From NCBI GenBank assembly GCA_000025185.1, contig CP001848.1, positions 120,001 to 152,000 of the forward strand: a stretch of 32,000 bases of DNA, written 5' to 3'. The DNA is from Pirellula staleyi DSM 6068 (GTDB taxonomy: Bacteria; Planctomycetota; Planctomycetia; Pirellulales; Pirellulaceae). Within the stretch, counting starts at the first letter, position 1. The number at the start of each line of letters is the position of its first letter. A program made the translations under genes and the position numbers. Under the pieces are notes generated by a model that saw only the letters and a list, made by a program, of their open reading frames with translations, had not been told where the DNA came from and did no database searches. This document shows, piece after piece, positions 9,832 to 17,134 of the stretch.

Positions 9832-10166
9832 GTCGAGGCTGCTCCTCGTCTCTTGGGTCGTAAATACGGATGCGATCGCGATCGGCCCAGTTTTGCGGTC
9901 CCGGGCAGGTAGAAGAGTCCCTCATTGTAGGGCATGGGCTGCGCAGATGGAAACTTTGTTACAAACCGACCAGCGGCTGCCACTCAGCTTGCGACTTGCC
10001 GCAAGAAATGCGGGGACATGTCGCGTAAACGCAACCTAGGTTTGGATGTTCGAGCGATTGCGCTGCGGCACTCCTGGGAGTTGCTGCGCGTGGATGCCTC
10101 GATCCGTCACCGGATGTGACCAGTCTGCTTCGTGCCCCACGACCTGAGCTACCCCCGACAGCCGCC

Positions 10167-11573
10167 ATGACTATCAACAATCGACAAATTCACCAGCAGT
10201 TCTCGGTTCTCGGAACCGTTTATCGCACGGTCGATGCCGCTGCGATTGCCGTGGGACTCGGGCTGAGCCTGGAAGTTTCGGGAGCTTGGCACGTCGATTA
10301 TCTGCTCGCCGGCTGCGCTGCGATTGTGGTGCATTATTTGGCAGCGGAATTCAGCGGCATGTATCGCAGCTGGCGTGGTGCGTCGGCAAGTCGCGAAGCC
10401 TTTGCGACACTCGGCGTTTGGGCACTCTCGCTCGCGATGCTGATGGCGATGGGTTTTGTCACCGAACGACTGGCTCACTACCCTCGACCGATGCTGGGCT
10501 ACTGGCTGCTGATGACCGGCGGCATGATGGTCTTTTCGCATGCGACGATTCGCGCTGTGCGTCGCGCCCTTTGGTGCCGCGGTGTTCACACGCATAACGC
10601 CGCGATTGTTGGAGTTACCGAACTGGGATTTCAGCTCGGGCGTAACTTGCTCGAAGAACCAGAACTGGGTATTCGATTTGCTGGCTTCTACGATGATCGG
10701 CCAGCAGAACGCAACGCAAAAATTCCCCCCGGATTAAAGCGACAAATCGGTGGTATCGACGACCTCATTGCCGATGCCAAAGCGGGCTTTGTTGACCGGA
10801 TTTACATCACCTTTCCGATGCGCGCCGAAGATCGCATTCGAGGTGTTCTCAGCCGACTGGGCGATACCACCGCCAGCGTTTATATCGTCCCCGATTTCTT
10901 CGTGTTTCAGCTGCTTCATTCGCGCTGGACTGATATCGGCGGATTGCCCGCCGTGAGCGTGTTCGAGAACCCGCTCTACGGTGTCGATGGCGTTGTGAAG
11001 CGGATGTTCGACCTCGTCGTCAGTTCACTGCTCCTCGTGATGCTGGCTCTGCCAATGACGATCGTGGCAGCGATGGTGAAGTTCACCAGCCGTGGACCGG
11101 TTTTCTTCCGTCAGCGGCGCTACGGCCTCGATGGGGAAGAGATCTTGGTTTGGAAATTCCGCAGCATGACGGTTTGCGAAGATGGCCCGAACGTCACGCA
11201 GGCAACCAAGCAAGACTCGCGCGTCACCTGGCTCGGCGCGATCATGCGGCGCACCAGCATCGACGAACTACCGCAGCTCTTCAACGTGGTCGGGGGCACG
11301 ATGTCGCTGGTCGGCCCTCGTCCCCATGCGGCGGCTCATAACGAACAGTATCGCAAAATGATCGAAGGCTACATGCTTCGCCACAAGGTGAAACCGGGGA
11401 TCACCGGCCTCGCGCAAGTGCGCGGCTGGCGCGGCGAAACCGATACGCTCGAGAAGATGGAAAAGCGGATCGAATGCGATCACGAATACATCCGCGAGTG
11501 GTCGCTCTGGCTCGATATTCAAATTCTGTTCCGCACGTTTTTCGTCGTCTTCTCGCGGAAAAACGCGTACTAA
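10167..11573 (+). CDS. polyprenyl-phosphate hexose-1-phosphate transferase (WcaJ/WbaP-type exopolysaccharide initiating sugar transferase)
   Basis: ORF 10116..11573 opens with GTG; the first ATG is at 10167 (MTINNRQ). It has N-terminal TM helices and a central Rossmann-like segment (NAAIVGVTELG). The C-terminal bacterial sugar-transferase domain shows LDELPQLFNVVGGTMSLVGPRP and KPGITGLAQV. Confidence 0.85.
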   Translation: MTINNRQIHQQFSVLGTVYRTVDAAAIAVGLGLSLEVSGAWHVDYLLAGCAAIVVHYLAAEFSGMYRSWRGASASREAFATLGVWALSLAMLMAMGFVTERLAHYPRPMLGYWLLMTGGMMVFSHATIRAVRRALWCRGVHTHNAAIVGVTELGFQLGRNLLEEPELGIRFAGFYDDRPAERNAKIPPGLKRQIGGIDDLIADAKAGFVDRIYITFPMRAEDRIRGVLSRLGDTTASVYIVPDFFVFQLLHSRWTDIGGLPAVSVFENPLYGVDGVVKRMFDLVVSSLLLVMLALPMTIVAAMVKFTSRGPVFFRQRRYGLDGEEILVWKFRSMTVCEDGPNVTQATKQDSRVTWLGAIMRRTSIDELPQLFNVVGGTMSLVGPRPHAAAHNEQYRKMIEGYMLRHKVKPGITGLAQVRGWRGETDTLEKMEKRIECDHEYIREWSLWLDIQILFRTFFVVFSRKNAY

Positions 11574-11578
11574 TCCGA

Positions 11579-11596
11579 AGGGCAAGCATCTGCCCT
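11579..11596. terminator. candidate bidirectional stem-loop between convergent genes (AGGGCA-agcatc-TGCCCT)
   Basis: 6-bp perfect stem in the 29-bp gap between the sugar-transferase stop (11573) and the ATL stop (11603). No U-tract. Confidence 0.25.
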
Positions 11597-11602
11597 CCGC
11601 TA

Positions 11603-11938
11603 CTATTCCATTTCGTACTTGTGCTGCATCGCTTCGAAATCGGCGACCTTGCCTTGGCGAGTGAAGGCGATCCCCTCTTCCATGAGCAACTGTCGCTGGA
11701 GGGCGGGATCGCGTTTGGCAGTACTGCGAATCACACCCCCATCGGCCACCACACGATGCCAGGGAATTTCCGACCGCTCTTGGTCGTCGAGCATCGCCAA
11801 AATGTAAGCGACATGACGCGGCATCACGTCAAGCTGGCCAGCAATCGTACTATAAGTGACGATCTTACCACGAGGGATTTGACACGTTAGGTCAATCACA
11901 TCCCGCTTGATTCGTGCAAACGCTTCGCTCCCTGCCAT
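11603..11938 (-). CDS. alkyltransferase-like protein (ATL; MGMT DNA-binding domain without the acceptor cysteine)
   Basis: 111 aa from the ATG at 11938 (the track ORF starts one codon earlier at a GTG). Helix-turn-helix-type region IPRGKIVTYSTIAGQL, and active-site loop EIPWHRVV where MGMT/Ogt has PCHRV. The TGG codon is the complement of 11759-11761. Confidence 0.8.
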   Translation of the reverse strand: MAGSEAFARIKRDVIDLTCQIPRGKIVTYSTIAGQLDVMPRHVAYILAMLDDQERSEIPWHRVVADGGVIRSTAKRDPALQRQLLMEEGIAFTRQGKVADFEAMQHKYEME

Positions 11939-12060
11939 CACTTCACCGCCGGGCTGCTGAAAGATCGGTGGGGGATCCGTACGCAGCTATTTTTGCCAGG
12001 GGTCAAGTCGAGCGTTTCGCTATCTACTTAGTATTCCATCCCGCCCCACAGCCGACACGA

Positions 12061-13041
12061 CTAGCGAGGGCGGATGACCTCGAATTCGAAGATCCTGTTG
12101 TCCGTGATCTTGTTGAGCTCGCGAATGGCGATGGAGAACGTGAATTCATCGTCGCCATCGCCTCCAATGGCATCCATTCTTCGAGCGATCAGGCGGCGCG
12201 TATTCAGCACATCGTCGCCATCTCCCAGGTCAGCAAAAATCTGATCGACGGTGACAAACTCCAGGTTGACGACATCTTCGCCATCATCGGTAACCACCAC
12301 GACGGTTTCAACTTTTGAATTTCGAAGGGTGACCGAATCATCCCCTCGTCCCGTTGCCACCAAGAGACCGGCGTTGAGCGTGGAGTCTTGCATCAGGAAG
12401 ACTTCGTCGTCGTTGTCTTCGCTTCCTAAATCAACCTGGAACAGACCATCGACATCGAGTTGACTGAAGTTCACCGTGTCTTCGTCTTCGCCCATCAAGA
12501 TGGTGACGTTGCCATTGAGGTTCGTGGCATTGCCATCGAGCAATCCGATTTCGACGTTGGTGCCTTGCACGAGATCGTCGCCATTGCCCATGTCCACATC
12601 GAGCGTTTCACGAATCGAAACGTCACGAAGAATCAGCTTGTCGTTGCCGTTGTTTCCTTCCACCGACACAGCTCCAGGAAACTTCGTGGTGCTCACACCA
12701 AAGATGGGATTGAGCAGCTGTGGCTTGTCGAGCGTGATCACATCGTCGCCACCGTTGAGTTGCACTCGCAAGTCGCCATTGAACGTGAATAGCTGATTAG
12801 CCTGGCCGTTGATGGTGGTGGGCGAGCCATCGGCATTGAGCCCGGCGACGAGGAACTGATTTCCCAGGAACTGCTTCACCACGATCGCGTTGTCTTGATT
12901 ATCGCCGGTGAGGACCAGGTCGCCCCCTACCACCGCTGCTGTCACATCGCCAGCCATCATCGAGCGGGCTTCCAGGTTCTGAAACATCAGTTTACGGGTG
13001 GCAGTGCGAGCAGACTGGCGGCTGTTGGCGGTGGTCTTCAT
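12061..13041 (-). CDS. acidic repeat protein with nine h-x-h-G-x-G-D-D modules, putative Ca-binding beta-helix, probably exported
   Basis: The track ORF starts at GTG 13101; the first ATG is at 13041 (MKTTANSRQSARTATRKLMFQNLEARSMMAGDV). Repeats: LNGGDDVITL, VEGNNGNDKLIL, VDMGNGDDLVQG, ILMGEDEDTVNF, LGSEDNDDEVFL, ATGRGDDSVTL, VTDDGEDVVNL, DLGDGDDVLNT, IGGDGDDEFTF. No hydrophobic Sec h-region. Confidence 0.65.
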   Translation of the reverse strand: MKTTANSRQSARTATRKLMFQNLEARSMMAGDVTAAVVGGDLVLTGDNQDNAIVVKQFLGNQFLVAGLNADGSPTTINGQANQLFTFNGDLRVQLNGGDDVITLDKPQLLNPIFGVSTTKFPGAVSVEGNNGNDKLILRDVSIRETLDVDMGNGDDLVQGTNVEIGLLDGNATNLNGNVTILMGEDEDTVNFSQLDVDGLFQVDLGSEDNDDEVFLMQDSTLNAGLLVATGRGDDSVTLRNSKVETVVVVTDDGEDVVNLEFVTVDQIFADLGDGDDVLNTRRLIARRMDAIGGDGDDEFTFSIAIRELNKITDNRIFEFEVIRPR

Positions 13042-13167
13042 GGCAATCGCTTCTTTCGTGTGAGTGTTTTGTTCGGCGGGGTCATTCCCCGTGACAAACA
13101 CGCCAGGCGTGAAGCGATTCGATTTGTTACCGAAGAAAATCGAGACGAGAAGCGGGAGGAAAATAAA

Positions 13168-13204
13168 GGGGCTAGGAACTAGAGCCTAGGGGCTAGAGAG
13201 AATC
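13168..13204 (-). repeat. CTAG-rich pyrimidine tract, left copy of the module that follows the 24-nt core
   Basis: Read on the minus strand: gattctctctagcccctaggctctagttcctagcccc. It resembles gatttctctcgcccctcgtctctcgtcccctggcc at 15258 onward, roughly three quarters identical by eye. Three CTAG plus one CCTAGG within 30 nt. Confidence 0.55.
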
Positions 13205-13254
13205 GCACAAGATGCTTTGCAATCAAGACTTGCGCTGCCGATGGCTGCACTTCC

Positions 13255-13278
13255 TGTAGGGCAGGCTCCTGCCTGCCG
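13255..13278 (-). repeat. 24-nt GC-rich palindromic core, left copy (exact reverse complement of 15233-15256)
   Basis: tgtagggcaggctcctgcctgccg. It contains the hairpin GGCAGGC-tcct-GCCTGCC (7-bp stem, 4-nt loop). Confidence 0.9.
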
Positions 13279-13282
13279 CAGC

Positions 13283-13311
13283 GGAGAGAGGGTTCGGTGT
13301 CATATCTCTCC
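13283..13311 (-). terminator. candidate uvrC terminator stem-loop (GGAGAGA - 15 nt - TCTCTCC)
   Basis: 7-bp perfect stem beginning 48 nt downstream of the uvrC stop on the minus strand. No U-tract. Confidence 0.25.
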
Positions 13312-13358
13312 CCTGTAAGACTGCGTTTCGGCCACTCCTTCGACGCCACTGGCTAACA

Positions 13359-14933
13359 CTAACCATCCAGCTGCGATTTGCGGCGGAGGATGTGGTGATA
13401 GTGCTGGGCAAAGCGGTGGGCTTCGTCGCGGACGTATTGCAGCAGGCGGAGGGCGAAAGCGTGCCGCGAAAGTTTGATCGACTCGCGTTCGCCTGGCAGA
13501 AAGATCTCTTCCTCTTGCTTGGCGAGCGAAATGACCGTGGGTGGCTTAATGTCTTGGTCGCGGAAGGCGGCCATCGCCGCATTCAGCTGACCTTTGCCAC
13601 CGTCGATAAGCAGGATGTCGGGAAACGGCTCTCCTTCGTCGACACGTTTGCGATAGCGGCGCGAAACCACTTCGTGCATGCTCCGGAAATCGTCGATCCC
13701 GTCGACTCCGACGATGCGATACCGCCGATAGCCCGCCTTGAACGGGAGCCCGTCGAGGAACTGCACCACACTGGCCACCGTTTCGCCCCCGCCGAGGTGC
13801 GCGATATCCATCCCTTCGATCGTGCGAGGCTGCTCGGCGAGTCCGAGCACTTTTTTAAGTCCGGCGAGTCCCTTCGTGGGGTCGATGTAGAAGACTTCTG
13901 GCTGGGCATGGACATCGATTGAGCCGCGACGATCGAGGGTCTCGAGCATTTTGATTTCGTCGCGCAAACGTGCGGCGACTTCGAACTGAAGTGCCTTCGA
14001 GGCGGCTTGCATTTCGAGGGTGAGCTGTTTGAGCAGCCGCGTTTTGCCCCCTTCGAGAAAGGTGATCAGCCGATCGATATCGCGGCGATATTCATCCTTG
14101 GAAATCCGTAGATTACAAGGGGCGGTGCACTGCTGAATGCTGGCGAGCAAGCAGGGACGAAACCAGCGCCAGCGATCGTCGCCATCTTCGATATCGAGCG
14201 AGCAGGTGCGGAACTTGAAGATCCGCTGCAGCACCTGCACAGCGCCGCGCAGCGAACCGGCCGATGCGAAAGGGCCGAAGAGCTTTACTCCTCGATCAGC
14301 AGGCTGACGGGTCACTTCCACCCGCGGAAAATCCTCGCGGGTGGAGATCATCAGGTAGGGAAAGGTCTTATCGTCTTTGAGTTCTTTGTTGTGTTTTGGC
14401 TGAATATCTTTGATCAGCCGCGCTTCCATCAGAAGCGCATCGACTTCGCTTTCGCACTCGACGTAGTCGATGTCGCAAATCTCGTCGACCCAGATAGCGG
14501 TCCGGTATTCTTCCTTGGCTCCGCGCAAAAAATAGCTCCCCGCGCGGCTGCGGAGGTTCTTCGCCTTGCCGACGTAAATCACGCGTCCGGCATCATCTTT
14601 CATCAGATAGATGCCAGGAGTGCGAGGGAATTCGCGAACCTTGGCAGCAGCGCGACGGAACGCGAAATCGTGCACGCGCGATGCGGCATCTGCGGTCGCC
14701 TGGGCCTCGATGGTGGCAGGGTCGAGCGCCACGGCATCGAGCGCCGCAGTGACTTCCTCTTCCGACGGCTCAGGCTCTTGCGCTTCGATCGTCTCTTCGC
14801 TCAGCTCGTCACCAAATTCCGCCGCGTAGAGGCCATCCATCCCCAGAAAGTCGCTACTTTCCGGCGAGCGCGCAGCATCACGCTGCGCGTCACTTTGCTT
14901 GCGAGCATCGTCGTCGGGAGTACGCTTTGCCAT
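13359..14933 (-). CDS. uvrC: excinuclease ABC subunit C lacking the C-terminal (HhH)2 domain
   Basis: GIY-YIG (PGIYLMKDDAGRVIYVGKAKNLRSRAGSYF ... EARLIKDIQPKHN), a UVR-like helix pair (LTLEMQAASKALQFEVAARLRDEIKMLE), and the RNase-H-like endonuclease (MDIAHLGGGETVASVVQF, IDGGKGQL, VRDEAHRFA). The track ORF extends to 15206, but that stretch is translated repeat DNA. Plausible starts are ATG 14933 (524 aa, acidic extension) or GTG 14675 (438 aa, canonical spacing before PGIY). Confidence 0.85.
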   Translation of the reverse strand: MAKRTPDDDARKQSDAQRDAARSPESSDFLGMDGLYAAEFGDELSEETIEAQEPEPSEEEVTAALDAVALDPATIEAQATADAASRVHDFAFRRAAAKVREFPRTPGIYLMKDDAGRVIYVGKAKNLRSRAGSYFLRGAKEEYRTAIWVDEICDIDYVECESEVDALLMEARLIKDIQPKHNKELKDDKTFPYLMISTREDFPRVEVTRQPADRGVKLFGPFASAGSLRGAVQVLQRIFKFRTCSLDIEDGDDRWRWFRPCLLASIQQCTAPCNLRISKDEYRRDIDRLITFLEGGKTRLLKQLTLEMQAASKALQFEVAARLRDEIKMLETLDRRGSIDVHAQPEVFYIDPTKGLAGLKKVLGLAEQPRTIEGMDIAHLGGGETVASVVQFLDGLPFKAGYRRYRIVGVDGIDDFRSMHEVVSRRYRKRVDEGEPFPDILLIDGGKGQLNAAMAAFRDQDIKPPTVISLAKQEEEIFLPGERESIKLSRHAFALRLLQYVRDEAHRFAQHYHHILRRKSQLDG

Positions 14934-15080
14934 CGGAGAGAAACAAACAAGAAAGAGCGGAACGCCAGGGAGCGAGGAATACTGAACCCTATTGTACGCA
15001 GGTGGACAACTTGCCGAGATCGAGAATCGCAGGAAGTGCCCGATGGCTAAGAATTTCTGCTTGAAAAGCACCTTTGCTGG

Positions 15081-15106
15081 GTGCCACTGGCATTTTGCCA
15101 GTGCAC
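15081..15106. repeat. stem-loop GTG(C)CACTGGCA-ttt-TGCCAGTGCAC
   Basis: 8-bp perfect stem (15085-15092 with 15096-15103), extendable to 11 bp with one bulged C. On the minus strand it translates as ...TGKMPVAP..., which is typical of repeat-derived pseudo-ORFs. Confidence 0.7.
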
Positions 15107-15165
15107 GGTTTTGCGAAACGATTCTGTGTAGAAAGTCTCGGCAAGTTGAGCCCTTTTGCACTTCG

Positions 15166-15184
15166 CACTGGGCAGAGCCCAGTG
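15166..15184. repeat. stem-loop CACTGGGC-aga-GCCCAGTG
   Basis: 8-bp perfect stem with a 3-nt loop. It shares the CACTGG arm with the hairpin at 15081-15106. Confidence 0.7.
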
Positions 15185-15232
15185 GCACTCCTAAACCTGC
15201 CAGCATGGTCGATTGACGAGGCTGTCGAGCTT

Positions 15233-15256
15233 CGGCAGGCAGGAGCCTGCCCTACA
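15233..15256 (+). repeat. 24-nt GC-rich palindromic core, right copy (exact reverse complement of 13255-13278)
   Basis: cggcaggcaggagcctgccctaca. It contains GGCAGGC-agga-GCCTGCC (7-bp stem, tetraloop). Confidence 0.9.
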
Positions 15257-15257
15257 C

Positions 15258-15316
15258 GATTTCTCTCGCCCCTCGTCTCTCGTCCCCTGGCCTCTGATCT
15301 CTGGCCGCTGGCCCCT
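15258..15316 (+). repeat. pyrimidine-rich tract, right copy of the module that follows the 24-nt core
   Basis: gatttctctcgcccctcgtctctcgtcccctggcctctgatctctggccgctggcccctg. It is directly adjacent to the core and ends at the stop codon of the phosphosugar mutase gene (15320). Confidence 0.55.
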
Positions 15317-15319
15317 GCC

Positions 15320-17134
15320 TCACGCTTTGTCGGCATAGTTCTTCAGGTCTTGCTCGAAGGCTTGCATCCGCTCGCTCATTTCGTCGCGAGTTGTGTCGAG
15401 ATTGTGGAGCTGTTCAGCGGGGACGTAGGTGAACATGTAGAACTTCACCTTCGGTTCGGTCCCGCTGGGGCGAACGGCGATGTAGTTCCCTTCCTCGGCG
15501 AGGTCGAGAATCACCATGTCGGCCTTCGGTGCATCGAGCGCAGCGGTGCCGCCACCGACAGTGAGCGTGGTGAGCGATTGATAGTCGCGGACCTGCTTCA
15601 CCTTGATACCGCCGAGTTCGGTGGGCGGGTTGGTGCGGAAGTTTTGCATCAGGGCTTTCATGCGATCCATGCCAGCCGAGCCGGTCATGGTGACGTTCAG
15701 CAAACGCTCGCCGTGGTAGCCATGCTGCCAGTAGAGCGACTCGAGTTTTTCGAGCATCGTTTTGCCGCTCGCTTTGACATTGGCAGCGAGTTCAGCCATC
15801 AGCATGCAGGCCGCAGCACCATCTTTGTCGCGGACGTACTGACCGATCAGAAAGCCGTGCGATTCTTCGGTTCCGAAGAGGAATTTATCGGGCCCCCCGG
15901 CATCCATTTGCTGAGCGATCCACTTGAAGCCGACGTGCAAGTTGCTGTAGGTCTTTACGCCGTAACTGTCGCCGATGCGGCGGATCATTTGCGTCGTGAC
16001 AAGGGTGGTCACGAGGAAATGTTCTTTCGTGAGTCCCCCCCCTTTTTTCCGCTGCTCGCAGACGTAGTCGGCCAGCAGCACACCAAGTTGGTTGCCGTTA
16101 AACGTGCCCCATGCGCCTGCTGGATCTTTCGACAGCGGCGCGGCACATCCCATGCGATCACAGTCGGGATCGGTCGCCAGAATCAGGTCGGCACCGGTGG
16201 TTTTGGCGAGAGCAATCGGACCATCGAAAACCTGTGGATTCTCGGGATTGCTGACGTGTCCCGGTACGTTCGGAAAATCGCCGCTCGGCTCGCGATGAGG
16301 TTCGTAAATGGTGACGTTCGTAAAGCCATCGCCAGCGAGTGTCGGCGCGACGCACGATTCTCCCACGCCATGCAGCGGGCTGTAGATGATCTTCAGATCG
16401 CGAGGGCCGGGCGAGCGCTGCGAAAGGACGTTGCCGATAAACGCATCGTCGATCTCGGTGGTGCAGAGAATCACTTTCCCCTCGGCTACTGCCTGGGCGA
16501 AATCGACTCGCTTGATTTCATCGGTGTTCATCACGCGCTCGACAATCGCCTTGTCGTGCGGCGGAATCACTTGCGCGCCGCTCGACCAGTAGACCTTCAC
16601 CGCGTTGTCGCTCGGCGGGTTGTGGCTGGCCGTGACCATGATGCCGCAGCTGCACTTTTTATAGCGCACCAGGAAGCTGAGTTCCGGCGTGCTGCGATAG
16701 CCGTCGAGGAAGTAGACCATAAAGCCGTTGGCCACCATGATCGAAGCGCACAGCTCGGCAAAGCGTCGGCTGTTGTGCCGCGTGTCGTACGCCAGGGCGC
16801 ACGACGGTTTTTCGATCCCTTGCGACAGGACATAGCTGGCCAGCCCTTGCGCGCTTTCGCCGATGGTACGGTCGTTGATGACGTTACAGCCGATTGGGTA
16901 CATCTTGCCGCGACGACCACCGGTGCCGAACGGAATGATGGTCCAGAAGGCGTCGTCGAGCTCTTTCCATTTGCCGGCGGTGATATGGGCGGCAACTTCG
17001 GCGGCATAGTCGGCATAACGGGGCTCGGTGAGCCAGACGCGAATGTTCTTATCGGCGGCGGCGGTGATTTTTCCCGCGGTGGTGGCAGCTTCCAGTTGAG
17101 AGAGAACCGAGGGTAGATCGAATCCGCTTGTCAT
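15320..17134 (-). CDS. phosphoglucomutase/phosphomannomutase-family phosphosugar mutase (PgcA-like long form)
   Basis: The track ORF starts at TTG 17155; the first ATG is at 17134 (MTSGFDLPS). Motifs: active-site TASHNPPSDNAVKVY, metal loop ATDPDCDRMG, sugar loop GTEESHG, phosphate loop RPSGTEPKVKFY. Confidence 0.9.
   Translation of the reverse strand: MTSGFDLPSVLSQLEAATTAGKITAAADKNIRVWLTEPRYADYAAEVAAHITAGKWKELDDAFWTIIPFGTGGRRGKMYPIGCNVINDRTIGESAQGLASYVLSQGIEKPSCALAYDTRHNSRRFAELCASIMVANGFMVYFLDGYRSTPELSFLVRYKKCSCGIMVTASHNPPSDNAVKVYWSSGAQVIPPHDKAIVERVMNTDEIKRVDFAQAVAEGKVILCTTEIDDAFIGNVLSQRSPGPRDLKIIYSPLHGVGESCVAPTLAGDGFTNVTIYEPHREPSGDFPNVPGHVSNPENPQVFDGPIALAKTTGADLILATDPDCDRMGCAAPLSKDPAGAWGTFNGNQLGVLLADYVCEQRKKGGGLTKEHFLVTTLVTTQMIRRIGDSYGVKTYSNLHVGFKWIAQQMDAGGPDKFLFGTEESHGFLIGQYVRDKDGAAACMLMAELAANVKASGKTMLEKLESLYWQHGYHGERLLNVTMTGSAGMDRMKALMQNFRTNPPTELGGIKVKQVRDYQSLTTLTVGGGTAALDAPKADMVILDLAEEGNYIAVRPSGTEPKVKFYMFTYVPAEQLHNLDTTRDEMSERMQAFEQDLKNYADKA

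Noticed and set aside
9830-10119. Small ORFs (69 aa and 61 aa) and an imperfect hairpin (about 10062-10092) in the divergent spacer between the EF-hand gene and the sugar-transferase gene.
   Set aside because: The ORFs have no motifs and show non-coding-like composition. The hairpin needs a bulge and G-U pairs, and there is no repetition elsewhere in the window.
13223-13582. 119-aa ORF overlapping the 3' end of uvrC and the repeat region, considered as a possible frameshifted UvrC C-terminus.
   Set aside because: The translation (Ser/Arg/Pro-rich) has no helix-hairpin-helix features, and most of it overlaps the well-supported uvrC frame.
14934-15206. 5' extension of the uvrC ORF to 15206, and the overlapping 115-aa ORF 14989..15336.
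   Set aside because: The extension is a translation of the hairpin and repeat DNA (e.g. ...CTGKMPVAP..., ...VGQAPAC...). It lies far upstream of the GIY-YIG domain, and the sequence is palindromic rather than codon-structured.
15074-17116. Very long antisense ORFs: 680 aa here, plus 6349..7782, 27124..28806, 17575..18753, 29117..30256, 5585..6481 and 20958..22001.
   Set aside because: Each lies exactly opposite a gene with strong family motifs. Their translations are Arg/Ala/Gly/His-rich with no recognisable domains. Long stop-free antisense frames are expected at this GC content.
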